From a bacterium (GTDB lineage: Bacteria > Patescibacteriota > Patescibacteriia > Patescibacteriales > UBA12465), in contig DAONDZ010000001.1 of the NCBI GenBank assembly GCA_035402825.1, forward strand, positions 108,839 to 172,838: a stretch of DNA of 64,000 nucleotides, read 5' to 3'. This document shows, in pieces, positions 63,756 through 64,000 of the stretch. Positions within the stretch are counted from its first letter, which is position 1; each line of letters opens with the position of its first letter. A program made the position numbers and the translations under genes. The notes under the pieces are model-generated. The model did no database searches and had not been told where the DNA came from. It saw nothing but the letters and a program-made list of their open reading frames with translations.

Positions 63756-63784
63756 TTGACAGTATCCCATATATGTGGTATAGT
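63756..63784 (+). promoter_or_regulatory. Near-consensus promoter for the + strand membrane gene
   Basis: TTGACA (63756-63761), a 17-nt spacer, then TGgTATAGT (63776-63784). Confidence 0.45.
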
Positions 63785-63819
63785 TAAAGCCTGTAAAAAC
63801 GTCCTTTAAATCTTTGGTC

Positions 63820-64000
63820 ATGAATATAAAACGAATTTTAGGCCATTGGCCTGGTTTTTTCCTTGTTGCCGGGATAATCCTCTGGATAGTTATCGCTAAC
63901 ACTCCTTCGGCCATTGTTTCCCATACTTTAATGTTTCGGGCTGCTCCGGCTTGGGAAATAGGGTTGTTCTATACTCTTTGGATTGAATCCTTGGCACTCC
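63820..64000 (+). CDS. Membrane protein, N-terminal fragment (runs off the window)
   Basis: My translation: MNIKRILGHWPGFFLVAGIILWIVIANTPSAIVSHTLMFRAAPAWEIGLFYTLWIESLAL. Open to the window end. Confidence 0.4.
   Translation, partial: MNIKRILGHWPGFFLVAGIILWIVIANTPSAIVSHTLMFRAAPAWEIGLFYTLWIESLAL

Overview
The window reads as a chromosomal segment spanning the replication origin of a small, AT-rich bacterium. My guess from gene content and style is Patescibacteria/CPR-like, which is inference only. Roughly 40% GC is an eyeballed figure from a few sampled 60-nt lines, not a computed one.

It is densely packed with housekeeping genes, many abutting or overlapping by a few nt:
- ftsH (partial), rpsA, rnj, secG, infC-rpmI-rplT, and smpB-ssrA followed by tRNA-Leu and tRNA-Gly
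- tig, hppA, nusA, and a yebC-ruvC-glgA-GH57-kinase-kinase operon
- purA-guaB, gpmA, polA, a fused Mur ligase, and holA
- a tRNA cluster (Ile, fMet, Phe, Pro), rpsT, rpsO, pnp, rpsP-KH-trmD, and nrnA-rbfA-infB
- the classical rpmH-rnpA-yidD-yidC | dnaA-oriC-dnaN core, then a class A PBP and trpS

I resolve 10 tRNAs and one tmRNA by hand folding, plus rpmH, which is missing from the ORF track. No rRNA, CRISPR array, transposase or integrase was seen.

Accessory-looking content sits at about 12.4-15.0 kb, 18.5-21.3 kb, 30.8-35.5 kb and 38.5-41.8 kb. The items most worth follow-up:
1. An 882-aa fusion of a PP-loop/Cys-cluster domain to a MurD-type ligase (possible MurL-MurD2 fusion).
2. A three-gene operon pairing a CPHC lipoprotein with a CPVC membrane protein.
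3. An smpB stop codon embedded in the tmRNA acceptor stem.
4. A prenyltransferase/terpene-cyclase-like toroid protein split by an in-frame TGA.
5. A tandem pair of 221-aa membrane paralogs with strong Shine-Dalgarno sites that most housekeeping genes here lack.
6. A tRNA-Pro(GGG) with an odd T-loop ending 3 nt before the PBP start codon.

All calls rest on reading the translations and sequence. No database search was possible.
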